Shown here: positions 48,383 to 58,560 of the stretch, piece after piece
Numbering within the stretch: the first letter of the stretch is position 1
How the letters are laid out: each line of letters starts with the position of its first letter
From: Myxococcota bacterium
GTDB lineage: Bacteria > Myxococcota_A > UBA796 > CAJQPC01
Assembly (NCBI GenBank): GCA_036012755.1
Contig: DASCPX010000070.1
Coordinates: 128,001 to 192,000 of the forward strand
DNA length: 64,000 nucleotides
Reading direction: 5' to 3'
Notes under the pieces: model-generated
Told to the model about the DNA's origin: nothing
What the model saw: the letters and a program-made list of their open reading frames with translations, nothing else
The model's database searches: none
Position numbers and translations under genes: made by a program

Positions 48383-48810
48383 CCGAGCAGAAGCTGGTCG
48401 AGCGCCTGCTCAAGGTCGAGGCGCTCTTCGCGGTTGCCGCGACCCCGGGTGAACGAGACGCGGCGGGGGCGGCGCTGGAGCGGATCCGGGCCCGCCTCGC
48501 CGAACTCGAGCGGGAGTCGCCTCCGGTCGAGTTCCGCTTCAGCCTGCCCGACCCGTGGAAGCGCCGCCTCTTCCTCGCGCTGGCACGCCGCTACGGGCTC
48601 AGGCCCTACCGCCGTCCTCGTCAGCGACGGCAGACCGTCATGCTCAGGGTTCCAGAGCGCTTCTTGGACGAGACCTTCTGGCCTCAGTTCGAGGAGCTGG
48701 CCCGGGAGTTGGAGGTGTGGCTCGACGACGCCACCACACGGGTGATCAGCGAGGTCGTGCACGCGGATACCGGCGAGGCAGCCGAAGTCAGGCAGCTCGA
48801 CGGGACTTGA
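48379..48810 (+). CDS. Hypothetical protein with DUF2786-like N-terminus
   Basis: KVEALFAVAATPGERDAA; LFLALARRYGLRPYR; GTGA-coupled. Confidence 0.7.
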   Translation: MTEQKLVERLLKVEALFAVAATPGERDAAGAALERIRARLAELERESPPVEFRFSLPDPWKRRLFLALARRYGLRPYRRPRQRRQTVMLRVPERFLDETFWPQFEELARELEVWLDDATTRVISEVVHADTGEAAEVRQLDGT

Positions 48811-48840
48811 ACACCTGTTCAGTCAGGATAGGAGGACGCC

Positions 48841-50613
48841 ATGGATGATCTGCTCCTGTACACGTCGCCGGATGGTCAGGTCCGCATCGACGTCGTCTAC
48901 CAGGACGAGACGGTTTGGCTGACCCAGCGGCGCATGGCCGAGCTCTTCGGGGTCCAGGTGCCGGCCATCTCCAAGCACCTGAAGAAGATCTTCGAGTCCG
49001 GCGAGTTGGTAGCTGAGTCAGTTGTTTCCGAAATGGAAAGGACTGCCGCAGACGGCAAGGTCTACCTCACGCGCTTCTACGGCCTCGATGCCATCATCGC
49101 CGTCGGCTACCGGGTCAACTCGAGGTCGGCGACCCAGTTCCGGATCTGGGCCACCTCGACGCTGCGCGAGTTCATCATCAAGGGTTTCGTCCTCGACTCG
49201 GAGCGGCTCAAGAACGGCCCTCGGTTCGGAGCGGACTACTTCGACGAACTGCTCGAGAAGATCCGGGAGATCCGGGCCTCGGAGCGCCGCTTCTACCAGA
49301 AGGTCACCGACATCTACGCCGAGTGCTCGGTCGACTACGACCCGGCCGCCGACGTCACCCGGACCTTCTACGCGACAGTGCAGAACAAGATGCACTGGGC
49401 CATCCACGGCAAGACTGCGGCCGAGCTGATCGCCGAGCGAGCAGACGCCGAACGGCCGAACATGGGGCTGACGAGTTGGAAGTCGGCACCACGAGGCAAG
49501 CTCCTCAAGAGCGATGTCGCCGTCGCGAAGAACGACCTGACCCAGAAGGAGCTCGAGGAGCTGAACCACATCGTCGTGATGTACCTGGACTACGCGGAGC
49601 TTCAGGCGCGGAAGCAGCGGCGCATGGTCATGGCGGACTGGGCCGAGAAGCTGGATGCCTTCTTGCGCTTCAACGAGTACGACGTGTTGGACAACCCGGG
49701 CCGGGTCTCAGCGCACGTCGAGGAGGTCGGCGCCGACGAGCGCGCCGTCCTGTACGACGAGTGGGATGCGCGAGCGGGCCGCTACCGCAAGGGCTGGTGT
49801 CGGGTGTATCCGTCGGCGCTCCCGCCCGGCGGTGGTGCCTGGGCGCGCCAGACCCTGCCGGCCCATCGCCGGACCATCGACCGCCTGTACGGCCAGCTGT
49901 TGCGACGCCGGGACCGACTTCGGGCCCGCCCCCGCTCCCTTCACGGCGCGGACGTCGACGTGGACGCGCTGTGCGACGCGTGGGCCACCCTCGCGGCGCG
50001 GCGGAGTCCCAGTCCGCGGCTGTACGTCGAGTCGGCGCGGGTACGGCGGGACGTCGCCACCCTGGTGCTGCTCGACGTCTCCCTGTCGACGGACTCCTGG
50101 GTGGCGGACCGGCGGGTCCTGGATGTGGCGAGGGACTCCGTGTTGGTGCTGGGAGAGGTCCTCGACAGGTTGGGGGAGGAGGTCGAGGTGCTCGCGTTCG
50201 CCAGCCACACCCGCCACAAGGTGCGCTGTTGGACGGTGCGTGGGTGGGGCGAGCCGTGGTCGGTCGGTCGAGGACGGCTGTCGCTGCTCTCGCCCCAGGG
50301 CTACACGCGCATCGGACCCGCACTGCGCCACGCGAACGCACGCCTGGCAGCCAGATCGGAGACCTGCCGGGACCTCATCCTCGTGAGCGACTGCAAGCCC
50401 ACCGACTACGACCGGTACGAGGGGCGGCACGGCGTCGCCGATGTTCGGAAGGCGCTGGCCGAAGGCGCTCGGGTCGGCGTCCGGACGCACGCCCTCGCGA
50501 TCGACGCCGCCGCGTCGGGGTGGCTCCCCGCGATGTTCGGCGCGGCCCGTTGGTCGGTGCTGCCGAGCCCGGAGCGGCTACCGGACGCGCTCGTCCGCGC
50601 GGCGGTCCGATGA
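48841..50613 (+). CDS. In-frame chimera: RhuM-family protein (to about 49716) fused to the C-terminal vWA region of a NorD/CbbO-type activase
   Basis: RhuM: VWLTQ..MAELF, IIAVGYRVNS..ATQFRIWA, IRASERRFYQK. NorD: YDEWD....Y...WC.V, MIDAS LLDVSLST, GYTRIGPALRH, SDCKPTDYDRYEG. Confidence 0.85.
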   Translation: MDDLLLYTSPDGQVRIDVVYQDETVWLTQRRMAELFGVQVPAISKHLKKIFESGELVAESVVSEMERTAADGKVYLTRFYGLDAIIAVGYRVNSRSATQFRIWATSTLREFIIKGFVLDSERLKNGPRFGADYFDELLEKIREIRASERRFYQKVTDIYAECSVDYDPAADVTRTFYATVQNKMHWAIHGKTAAELIAERADAERPNMGLTSWKSAPRGKLLKSDVAVAKNDLTQKELEELNHIVVMYLDYAELQARKQRRMVMADWAEKLDAFLRFNEYDVLDNPGRVSAHVEEVGADERAVLYDEWDARAGRYRKGWCRVYPSALPPGGGAWARQTLPAHRRTIDRLYGQLLRRRDRLRARPRSLHGADVDVDALCDAWATLAARRSPSPRLYVESARVRRDVATLVLLDVSLSTDSWVADRRVLDVARDSVLVLGEVLDRLGEEVEVLAFASHTRHKVRCWTVRGWGEPWSVGRGRLSLLSPQGYTRIGPALRHANARLAARSETCRDLILVSDCKPTDYDRYEGRHGVADVRKALAEGARVGVRTHALAIDAAASGWLPAMFGAARWSVLPSPERLPDALVRAAVR

Positions 50614-51119
50614 GTGCCCAGGACGCGCTTGGCGCCGAGGAGCCCCTCGACCTCCTGATGGCCTGTCACGCACGGATCCGCCGGTACCTCGGCGGCATCG
50701 AGGCCCTGCTGGCCTTCCCGGACTGGAGCGATCCTCGGGCCATCGCCACCGCCCGGGACTGCGCCCACTACTTTCGCGAGGCCTTGCCCCTGCACGCCGA
50801 AGACGAGGACGCCTCCGTCGCGCCGAGGCTCCTCCGACTCGGACTCGGACCCGAGCTCGCTGCGACGCTCCGGCGCCTCGCCGACGAGCACCACGCCATC
50901 GACACGGGGTGCCTCTCGGTCGTCGCGGCGCTGGACTCGGTCGTGGCCGGGGGCCCTCGGACCAGCGCGCTCCAGGCGGCCAGCCGCCCCTTCGCGACGC
51001 TGCTGCGGTCCCACCTGGAGGTGGAGGAGCGCTCGGTTTTCGTGTTCCTGGACCGGCTCCCGGACGCAGAGCGTCCGGTCATCGTGGCCGAGATCCGGGC
51101 CAGGCGCGCCGGCGGATGA
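50610..51119 (+). CDS. Hemerythrin (HHE) domain protein
   Basis: LMACHARIRR, LHAEDED, DEH, HLEVEERSVF; ATGA overlap. Confidence 0.85.
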   Translation: MSAQDALGAEEPLDLLMACHARIRRYLGGIEALLAFPDWSDPRAIATARDCAHYFREALPLHAEDEDASVAPRLLRLGLGPELAATLRRLADEHHAIDTGCLSVVAALDSVVAGGPRTSALQAASRPFATLLRSHLEVEERSVFVFLDRLPDAERPVIVAEIRARRAGG

Positions 51120-51841
51120 CGATGCAGCTCACCCTCCAACACCTGGGCATGAGCGGTCTGCGCTTGACCCTGGACGAGGACAGCCTCTGCGTCGATCCGC
51201 CCTTACCGGTCGCCGATGACCCCGTCCTCATCACCTGGTCCGAGGCCGAGCGCGTCTCCGGCGTGGGTGGGGCAGGCGCCGTGCTCGCCGACCCCGACGT
51301 CCTCGACTGGCTCGGTGTGTCCGGCGTCCCCCTGATCCCGGACAGGCCCGCTCGATTCGGTGCTTTCGAGGTCGCTGTCCTGCCCTATCGCCCGATCCCC
51401 TACGCTACTCCGAGAGAGGCCCTGCGGAAGACCTTCATAGGGCTTCGTCGGCCCCATGTCGCTGCGCGACGGCTGGCGCACACCCTGTCCCGCCCCGCCG
51501 CACCACCCCTGGCCGTGCGCCTGGACTGGTCCGGTATGCGGATCGGTCTCTGCCAGCAGGCGCTGCATCGCTTCGTGACGCCCGCCGGCGCCGACGAGGT
51601 CCGGGCGTTCTTCGCCGACTGCCACGTCGCCATCGCCAGCCCGGACTTCGACGACGAAGAGGCGTGCGGTCGCATGCTGGGGGCGCTCGGCGCCCGCCGG
51701 GCCGTGCTGATCGACAGCATCGGTCCCGTCCGGCGAATGTTGGGACTGCCGACGCGGGCGCTGAGGGCGTCGATGGCCACGGCGCCACCCGGAACGCTCC
51801 TGCTCGAGGACGGCCAACGCGTCACGCTGAACCTCGCTTGA
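51116..51841 (+). CDS. Hypothetical protein, degenerate MBL-like fold
   Basis: LQHLGMSGLRL...LCVDP...VLITWSEAER (HxHxDH absent); ATGA overlap. Confidence 0.55.
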   Translation: MTMQLTLQHLGMSGLRLTLDEDSLCVDPPLPVADDPVLITWSEAERVSGVGGAGAVLADPDVLDWLGVSGVPLIPDRPARFGAFEVAVLPYRPIPYATPREALRKTFIGLRRPHVAARRLAHTLSRPAAPPLAVRLDWSGMRIGLCQQALHRFVTPAGADEVRAFFADCHVAIASPDFDDEEACGRMLGALGARRAVLIDSIGPVRRMLGLPTRALRASMATAPPGTLLLEDGQRVTLNLA

Positions 51842-51894
51842 TCAGCAGGCGGTCGTTCCGGACACGCGTCCGGACGGCGCGGGACCGGCTGGCG

Positions 51895-52032
51895 AGGCAT
51901 GGGACGAGTCGGGTGGACAGAGTATGAGTGCCCCATGCGCGACGAGCCGCCTCTTTTCCGGCCTCCGAGCGAGGCCCACAGCCTCATCCTCCAGGCCACG
52001 CTGGGCTGCAGCTGGAACAACTGCACCTACTG
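51895..52032 (+). repeat. Left direct repeat (attL-like): truncated 5' copy of the radical SAM gene
   Basis: Similar to 60746-60884; 51979-52032 is identical to 60831-60884 (54 bp); encodes MRDEPPLFRPPSEAHSLILQATLGCSWNNCTY-stop. Confidence 0.92.
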
Positions 52033-52084
52033 ATGGAGGCAAGTGATATCGGTGATTTGAGCGCTCGGTGTACCCGCAGGGCGG

Positions 52085-53299
52085 CTACTGCGAGGCCACC
52101 AGCGCCGGGTCTTCTACAGCCAGCAGCAGGTCGAGGCGCGCACGGGCGACGAAGCCCTCGAGCTGGACCACCGCAGCCTGGCCGCCCAGGATCTGGGCTT
52201 GGAGAAGGACGACCTGGATGAGGTCGATCTCACCGGCCACGTAGCCAGCCTCGACGCTCTCCAGGGCCGCCGCCGCCGCGGCGAGCGGGTCCAGGCCAAG
52301 CGCCGAGACCGTCTCCTGGCCGAGCTCGTCCCGCTGGCGGCTCGTCGCCACCTCGGTGCTGGCCACCGCCTCGGCCTCGACGACGTGCGCCTGGGCCGTG
52401 AGGAGCTCCCCCCGAGCGTCGGCCCGTCCGGCCTGGTTCCGGTTCCGGAGCGGCAGCTCCACCGCCAGCGACGGGCCCACCGTCGTGACCCCTCCATCGA
52501 TTTCCGCTCGCACCCCCACCACCAGCGGCGGAAGCGCCGCTGCCTGCTGGGCTGCGAGCTCGCGCTCTGCGGCCAACACCACCGCCTGCGCCGCTCGGAC
52601 ATCGCTGCGGTCCTCCTCCACGCCCTCGGACGGCGCGGGCACATCGATGTCCCGGGCCAGCATTCCGGCGTGGACCGGCATCGCGACCAGGGCGGAGAGT
52701 CGCTCCGCGGCAGCGGCCTCAAACGCACTAGCCTCCATGAGCCGGAGACCGGCTTCGGCCTGCGCCAGCCGCGCCAGGTTCACCTCGAGCTCAGAAGCCT
52801 CCCCTTCGGCTTCGAGCCGGGAGACGAGGTCCACGAGCCGGACGGCGAGTGCGAGGCCCTCGTCGGCCACCTCCGCGACCTCGATGGCGACGACGGCGTC
52901 GACGTAGGCCGTGCGCACGGCGTGGGCCAGCTCGAAGCGCGCCCGTCGGAGCTGGGCGTTCGCCGCCTCGACCCGGGCTGCGGCCGCCTGGCGTCGGCGC
53001 ATGCCTTCCCCCGTCAGGGACACGGGCCGGCTGAGCTGCAGCTCCGCAGGACCATCCACCAGCACGGAGCCCGACAACGTGGGGTTGGCGCCAAAGGCCT
53101 GGGCCATCTCGCCCTCCGCCTGCAGCAGGACCGCTTCCGCGGCCCTGAGCTCCGGGCTGGCCTCGAAGGCGGCCCGGACGGCCTCGTCCGGCGTCAGGGC
53201 CTGGCCTGCCCACCCCAGGAGGGGGCAGAGGAGGACGAGCACGAGGGTGAGGTGACGAAGCGTCTTGTGCATGGGGTATCTCGGCGTCGGCGAGGGCAT
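52085..53299 (-). CDS. TolC/CzcC-family outer membrane efflux protein
   Basis: EAVRAAFEASPEL, ANPTL, ELPLRNRNQ, GYVAGEIDLIQV; start 53299 or 53272. Confidence 0.85.
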   Translation of the reverse strand: MPSPTPRYPMHKTLRHLTLVLVLLCPLLGWAGQALTPDEAVRAAFEASPELRAAEAVLLQAEGEMAQAFGANPTLSGSVLVDGPAELQLSRPVSLTGEGMRRRQAAAARVEAANAQLRRARFELAHAVRTAYVDAVVAIEVAEVADEGLALAVRLVDLVSRLEAEGEASELEVNLARLAQAEAGLRLMEASAFEAAAAERLSALVAMPVHAGMLARDIDVPAPSEGVEEDRSDVRAAQAVVLAAERELAAQQAAALPPLVVGVRAEIDGGVTTVGPSLAVELPLRNRNQAGRADARGELLTAQAHVVEAEAVASTEVATSRQRDELGQETVSALGLDPLAAAAAALESVEAGYVAGEIDLIQVVLLQAQILGGQAAVVQLEGFVARARLDLLLAVEDPALVASQ

Positions 53300-53802
53300 C
53301 AGCGCAGCCCTCGAAGGAACTCGCGGGCGCCTGGCTCCGCCCAGGGCCTGGCCCCTTGGACGCGGGCGTCGAGCCGTCCCTGGGACACCACCCAGGTGTC
53401 GGGCAGGGAGCTCACTCCCCACCGCGCCGCTGCAGCGCCGGAGGGGTCGCGCACCACGACGGCGGGGACCTTGCCTCCGAACCAGGCCTCGACGACGGGC
53501 CAGGGCTCGTCCGTCACCGCGAGCAGAGGCACACCCTGCTCCTCGGCTGCGTCGATCAGCTCGGGCAGCTCCTGCTGGCAGGGAGCGCACCAGGTCGCCC
53601 AGAAGTGGACCAGGTGCGTGCCAGCCGGGACCAGGACGGGCTCCTCGCCCCGGGCGAGCTCGATCGACGGGGCCGGCCCGTCGACCGGGGCCCAGTCGAA
53701 GGGCGGGGGTGGGGCCCGAACTCGCTCGATCGTCCACCAGATCCCCACCAGGACCGCCTGCACCCCCAGGAGCGCTGCGACGAGTCGCGCCGTCCGTCTC
53801 AC
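53299..53802 (-). CDS. TlpA-family thiol-disulfide oxidoreductase
   Basis: N-terminal TM helix; VHFWATWCAPCQQELP; WGVSSLPDT; GTG 53802 overlaps the RND stop. Confidence 0.88.
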   Translation of the reverse strand: MRRTARLVAALLGVQAVLVGIWWTIERVRAPPPPFDWAPVDGPAPSIELARGEEPVLVPAGTHLVHFWATWCAPCQQELPELIDAAEEQGVPLLAVTDEPWPVVEAWFGGKVPAVVVRDPSGAAAARWGVSSLPDTWVVSQGRLDARVQGARPWAEPGAREFLRGLR

Positions 53803-56800
53803 CGGGACCTCGCGGTCAGGGTGTAGAGCACCGGGAGCACCAGCAGCGTCAGGGCGGTGGACGACAGCAGCCCTCCGATGACCACCGTGGCCAGGGGGCG
53901 CTGGACCTCCGCGCCGATGCCGGTGTTCAACGCCATCGGGACGAAGCCCAGCGCCGCCACCAGGCCGGTCATCAGCACAGGCCTCAAGCGCTCGACCGCG
54001 GCGCGCTCCACGGCCTCGCGCACCGGTACGCCGGCGTCCAGGTGGCGGCGGATCGTCGACACGAGCACCATGTCGGCCAGGACGGACACGCCGGCCAGGG
54101 CGACGAAGCCGATGGCCGCGGACACGCTGAAGGGCAGCTCCCGGAGCCACAGGGCGGCGACGCCTCCGACGGCGGCGAAGGGCACCCCGGTGAAGACGCG
54201 GAGCGCATCGACCACCCGGCCGTAGGTCGCGTAGAGGAGCAAGGCGATGAGCAGGAGCGCCAGGGGCACGACCACGAGGAGGCGCTCCCGGGCGCGCTCG
54301 TAGTGCTCGAACTGGCCCCCGTAGCGCACGAACCAGCCGGTTGGCAGCGTGACCTCGTCGCGGACCCGCTCCTGGACCTCGGCCACGAAGCCGCCGAGGT
54401 CCCGGTCGCGCACGTTGACCTGGACGACCAGGCGGCGGCGCCCCCACTCCCGCTGGATGGACGCGGGGCCCTCGGTCCGCGTGACCTCGGTCAGCAAGCC
54501 CAAGGGGAGGCGCGTGCCCTCCGAGCCGGTCACCAACAGCCGCTCCACCTGGTCGGTGTGCTGCCTCGCCTCCTCCTCCAGCCGCAGCGCGATCGGGAAG
54601 CGGCGCTCTCCCTCGAAGAGCTCCCCCACCTCGACGCCGCCGAAGGCCTCCAGCGCGAGCAGCACCGAGCTCGGTGACACGCCGTGACGGCCGAGAGTCT
54701 CGCGATCCAGCGCTGCGCGAAGGACGGGGAGTCCGGTGGTCTGCTCGACGCTGAGGTCCGCCGCGCCGTCGATCCCGCTCACCACCTGCTCGATCTGCAG
54801 CGCGATCTCGCGCATGCGCGTCAGGTCGTCGCCGAACACCTTGATGCCCAGGTCCGAACGGACGCCGGCGACCATCTCGTTCACCCGCATCTCGATGGGC
54901 TGGGTGAAGACCATGTTCATGCCCGGCAGCCCGGCCAGCTCCTCCTGCATCGCCGCGACCAGCTCGGACTGCTCGTCCGCCCGGGTCCACTGGTCGCGAG
55001 GTGTGAGCGTGATGAAGACGTCCGAGAGCTCGATGCCCATCGGATCGGTCGCCACCTCGGCGCTCCCGGTTCGCGTCCAGACGGCTTCGATCTCGTCGGG
55101 GAAGGCCTGGAGCAGGACCTCTTCGATCTCGGTCCCGTAGCGCACCGACTCGTCCAGCGAGACGCTGGCCAGGCGGACGGTGTTCACCACGACGGCGCCC
55201 TCGGACAGCCGCGGCACGAACTCGGTGCCCAGGCGGGTGGACAGCCACGCTGCGTTGAGCACCAGCAGCAGCGCCATCGCCAGGACCAGGCCCGGGTTGT
55301 CGAGAGCGCGCAGCAAGGCCGGGCGGTAGAGCCGCTGCGCCAGGCGCACCGCCAAGGACTCCCGGTCTGCGCCACGCGCCCGAACCGCCAGGCTCGTCAG
55401 CACCGGCACGAGGGTGAGTGACGCGAACATCGAGCCCATCAGCGCGAAGACGACCGTCAAGGCCATCGGGCGGAAGAGCTGGCCCTCGACGCCCTCCAGC
55501 GCCAGGACGGGCAGGTAGACCACCAGGATGATGAGCTCGCCGAAGAGCGTGGGCTTTCGGACCTCCAGGGCCGCGTCGCCGACCACCTGCACGGGGTCCT
55601 CGTCCGGGCGCTCGGCCAGGCGCCGCACAGCGTTCTCCACCTGGACGATGGAGCTGTCCACGACCAGGCCGAAGTCGATGGCGCCCAGGCTCATCAGGCT
55701 GCCTGCGATGCCCAGTCGCTCCATCAGAGTCCCGGCGAAGAGCATGGACACCGGGATGACCAGCGCGACGACGAAGCCCGCCCGCCAGTTGCCCAGGAAG
55801 ACGAAGAGGACCGCGATGACGAGCAGGGCGCCCTCGAAGAGGTTCGTGCGTACGGTGTGCAGGACCTGGTCGACCAGCCAGGTGCGCTCGTAGATCGGCT
55901 CGGCCGTCATCCCGGGGGGGAGGGATTCGGCCGCCTCCGCCAGCCGCACCTCCAGCCGCTCGGTGACGTGGGCGCTGTTCTCGCCCATCAACATGAACCC
56001 GAGGCCGAGGACGACCTCGCCCTGCCCATGGGCCGTCACGGCGCCGCGACGGAGCTGGCGTCCGTCGGTGACCTCGGCCACGTCGCGCACGCGGACGGGC
56101 ACGCCTTGGTGGCTTGCAAGCACGACCTCGCCCAGGTCGTCGAGCCGCTCGAAGCGCCCTGCTCCCTGGATCAGCGTGGTCTCGCCTGCGTCGTCGATGT
56201 TGCCGCCGCCGACGTTGCGGTTGTCCTGCTGCAGGGCGTGGAGCACCTCGTCCAAGGTGAGCTGGTGGCGGATCAGCGCCTCGGGCGACACCAGCACCTC
56301 GACGCGGCGCTCGTCCCCGCCCCAGGTGTTCACTTCGGCCACCCCTGGGACGGATCGCAGCTGAGGGGCAAGCACCCACTCCTGGGCTGTCCGCAGCTCC
56401 GAGACGGTGTAGTCCTCGCCGCGCACGAGGTAGTGGAAGACCTCCCCCAGACCGGTCGCCACGGGCCCGAGGGCTGGCGGGTCGACGCCCTCGGGCAGGG
56501 CGACGGTGCCGAGACGCTCCGCGACCACCTGGCGGGAGCGCCAGATGTCGGCGTCCTCGTCGAAGACCAGGGTGACCTGCGAGAGCCCGAAGCGGGACAG
56601 CGAACGCACCTCAGTCAGCTCCGGCAGCCCAGACAGGGCCTGCTCGACCGGCCACGTGATCTGGCGCTCGATCTCCTCTGGGGACAGAGCGGGCGCGGTG
56701 GTGTTGACCTGCACCTGCACCGGGGTCGTGTCGGGGAAGGCGTCCAGCGGCAGGCGCAGGAGCGCGATGACGCCGGCCAGACCCACCAGGGCCCAGGCCG

Positions 56801-56855
56801 CGAGCACGACGCCGCGGTGTCGCAGCGACCAGCGGATGACTCGATCGAAGAGCAT
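53799..56855 (-). CDS. czcA: CzcA/CusA-family heavy-metal RND permease
   Basis: DAFPDTTPVQV, SLGAIDFGLVVDSSIVQVEN, RLRPVLMT, GAEVQRPLATVVIGG. Confidence 0.93.
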   Translation of the reverse strand: MLFDRVIRWSLRHRGVVLAAWALVGLAGVIALLRLPLDAFPDTTPVQVQVNTTAPALSPEEIERQITWPVEQALSGLPELTEVRSLSRFGLSQVTLVFDEDADIWRSRQVVAERLGTVALPEGVDPPALGPVATGLGEVFHYLVRGEDYTVSELRTAQEWVLAPQLRSVPGVAEVNTWGGDERRVEVLVSPEALIRHQLTLDEVLHALQQDNRNVGGGNIDDAGETTLIQGAGRFERLDDLGEVVLASHQGVPVRVRDVAEVTDGRQLRRGAVTAHGQGEVVLGLGFMLMGENSAHVTERLEVRLAEAAESLPPGMTAEPIYERTWLVDQVLHTVRTNLFEGALLVIAVLFVFLGNWRAGFVVALVIPVSMLFAGTLMERLGIAGSLMSLGAIDFGLVVDSSIVQVENAVRRLAERPDEDPVQVVGDAALEVRKPTLFGELIILVVYLPVLALEGVEGQLFRPMALTVVFALMGSMFASLTLVPVLTSLAVRARGADRESLAVRLAQRLYRPALLRALDNPGLVLAMALLLVLNAAWLSTRLGTEFVPRLSEGAVVVNTVRLASVSLDESVRYGTEIEEVLLQAFPDEIEAVWTRTGSAEVATDPMGIELSDVFITLTPRDQWTRADEQSELVAAMQEELAGLPGMNMVFTQPIEMRVNEMVAGVRSDLGIKVFGDDLTRMREIALQIEQVVSGIDGAADLSVEQTTGLPVLRAALDRETLGRHGVSPSSVLLALEAFGGVEVGELFEGERRFPIALRLEEEARQHTDQVERLLVTGSEGTRLPLGLLTEVTRTEGPASIQREWGRRRLVVQVNVRDRDLGGFVAEVQERVRDEVTLPTGWFVRYGGQFEHYERARERLLVVVPLALLLIALLLYATYGRVVDALRVFTGVPFAAVGGVAALWLRELPFSVSAAIGFVALAGVSVLADMVLVSTIRRHLDAGVPVREAVERAAVERLRPVLMTGLVAALGFVPMALNTGIGAEVQRPLATVVIGGLLSSTALTLLVLPVLYTLTARSR

Positions 56856-56857
56856 GC

Positions 56858-58204
56858 CTACTCCACGTCGCAGCAGCCGGCGCCGATGCTGTCCTTGAGG
56901 GTCTCGGTCTTCAGCAGGAAGCTGCCCGTGGTGACGACGAGGTCGCCGACGTGTACCCCCCCGGCGATGCGCACGCGCCCACCCTCGCGGGCCAGCACGC
57001 GCACCCGTCGTGCGACGTAGACACCCTGCTCTTGCCGGACGAAGACCAGGTTGACCTCGCCGACGCGCTGCACCGCTGCCGAGGGCACGACGACGGCCCG
57101 AAGCGCGGTCTCGGCCAGCACCGTCGCCTGGCCGTACAGGTTCTCGCGCAGCAGCCCGTCGGGGTTGTCCAGGCCGACGCGGGCCCACACCGTGCGCGTC
57201 GCCGGGTCCACGGCGGGTGAGAGCATGTCGACGCTGCCGGTGAACTCGAGCTCCGGAAAGGCGTCGACGCGGACCCGGACCTCCTGGCCGAGGAGCACCT
57301 GCGGAAGCTGTCGCTCGGGCACGTCGATCTCAGCCCAGACCCGACTGGGGTCGACGAGCTCGAAGAGCGTCTGCTCGGCGGCGAGGGTCGCCCCCAGGCC
57401 GACGTGCCGGGCGACGACCAGCCCGTCGACTGGCGATGTGAGGACCAGTCGGTCGCCCTCGCCGGCCCCGGCCAGGCCCAGGCGGGCCTTGAGCGCGGTG
57501 ACCTCGCGCTCCGCCTCGGCCAACTCCTGCTGAGCATCCAGCAGGGACCGCTCCGAGCCCACCCCCGCCTCGAGCAGCCGGGCCAATCGCTCCACCGCAT
57601 CGGCCTTCACGTCCCGGACCTCACGCGCTGCGAAGAGTCCGGAGCGATGCTCCGCCACGTCGGCGCTCCGCAGCTCGGCCAGGATCTGCCCCGCGGTGAC
57701 GAGTTCGCCTTCCTCGGCCCCAACGCGAGCTACGACGCCTGCGTACCGGGCGCTCACGACAGCCGACCTGGTCGTGTCCCATCGGATGCGGGCGACCGCC
57801 TCGATGCCCTCGACCCAGTCGTGCGCTTCGGCCTCGACGGTCTCGAGGCCGGCCTGCTCCTCGACCTCGGGGCCGCGGAAGCGCACCAGGGTGCCGTCTG
57901 GCGGGGCGCCGTCGGTGCCGGTCGGCTGGACGGGTGGCCGCCCGCGCTCCTCGGGAGCACAGATCGGGCAGAAGGACTCGGGGAAGGCGTGCTCCTCGCA
58001 CCAGTCCCCCTTGGCCTGGAACACCGCGACGAGGCGTGGGTTGCACTTGGGGCAGACGGACTCCAGCACCCCGTGCTCGGCGCACAGTTCGGGATCGGCC
58101 GTGGCCGCAGCGGCGATCGTCCCCTCCTCCTCGACGGAGGGGGCGTCGCAAGCAGCCAGCAGCCCGATCCCCAGGAGGAGAACCCCCTGGAGACGGGTCG
58201 GCAT
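56858..58204 (-). CDS. CzcB-like RND periplasmic adaptor with two N-terminal Cys/His repeats
   Basis: LLAAC lipobox; CAEHGVLESVCPKC / CEEHAFPESFCPIC; SPVDGLV, VDPATRT, VVTTGSFLLK; terminal GCCD. Confidence 0.9.
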   Translation of the reverse strand: MPTRLQGVLLLGIGLLAACDAPSVEEEGTIAAAATADPELCAEHGVLESVCPKCNPRLVAVFQAKGDWCEEHAFPESFCPICAPEERGRPPVQPTGTDGAPPDGTLVRFRGPEVEEQAGLETVEAEAHDWVEGIEAVARIRWDTTRSAVVSARYAGVVARVGAEEGELVTAGQILAELRSADVAEHRSGLFAAREVRDVKADAVERLARLLEAGVGSERSLLDAQQELAEAEREVTALKARLGLAGAGEGDRLVLTSPVDGLVVARHVGLGATLAAEQTLFELVDPSRVWAEIDVPERQLPQVLLGQEVRVRVDAFPELEFTGSVDMLSPAVDPATRTVWARVGLDNPDGLLRENLYGQATVLAETALRAVVVPSAAVQRVGEVNLVFVRQEQGVYVARRVRVLAREGGRVRIAGGVHVGDLVVTTGSFLLKTETLKDSIGAGCCDVE

Positions 58205-58205
58205 G

Positions 58206-58514
58206 TCAGCTCCCCTCGGGGGGGCGCTCGATCTTCAGCTCCGGGTTGCACTGCAGGCACTGCGACTCGGGCAGGCTGTGCTCGGCGCACCAGTCCCCGG
58301 TCGCCTGGAAGGCGGGGACGAGGGAGGCGTCGCAGCGGGTGCACTGCGACTCGGGCACGGCGTGCTCGGGGCACCAGTCCGAGTGCGAACCGGGCACGGT
58401 GGCGTCACCGTGGGCCTCGGCGGAGGGAGGGGTGGCGGGGGTCTCGGTGGCAGGGGTGTCCCCGCCGCAGGCCACGATGGCCAACAACATCAGGGTGATC
58501 ATCTGGATCTCCAT
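58206..58514 (-). CDS. Small lipoprotein made of two Cys/His repeats, putative metallochaperone
   Basis: IVAC lipobox; WCPEHAVPESQCTRC and WCAEHSLPESQCLQC. Confidence 0.8.
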   Translation of the reverse strand: MEIQMITLMLLAIVACGGDTPATETPATPPSAEAHGDATVPGSHSDWCPEHAVPESQCTRCDASLVPAFQATGDWCAEHSLPESQCLQCNPELKIERPPEGS

Positions 58515-58560
58515 GCAGGTTGGGGTCGCTCCGCGAGGGAGCGGGGAGGATGCAGGGAGT

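Noticed and set aside
52031..52033. TGA replacing the third Cys codon in the left radical SAM copy, as a second selenocysteine
   Set aside because: Similarity ends exactly there, the frame hits another stop within 9 codons, and no hairpin is evident; it is a recombination junction
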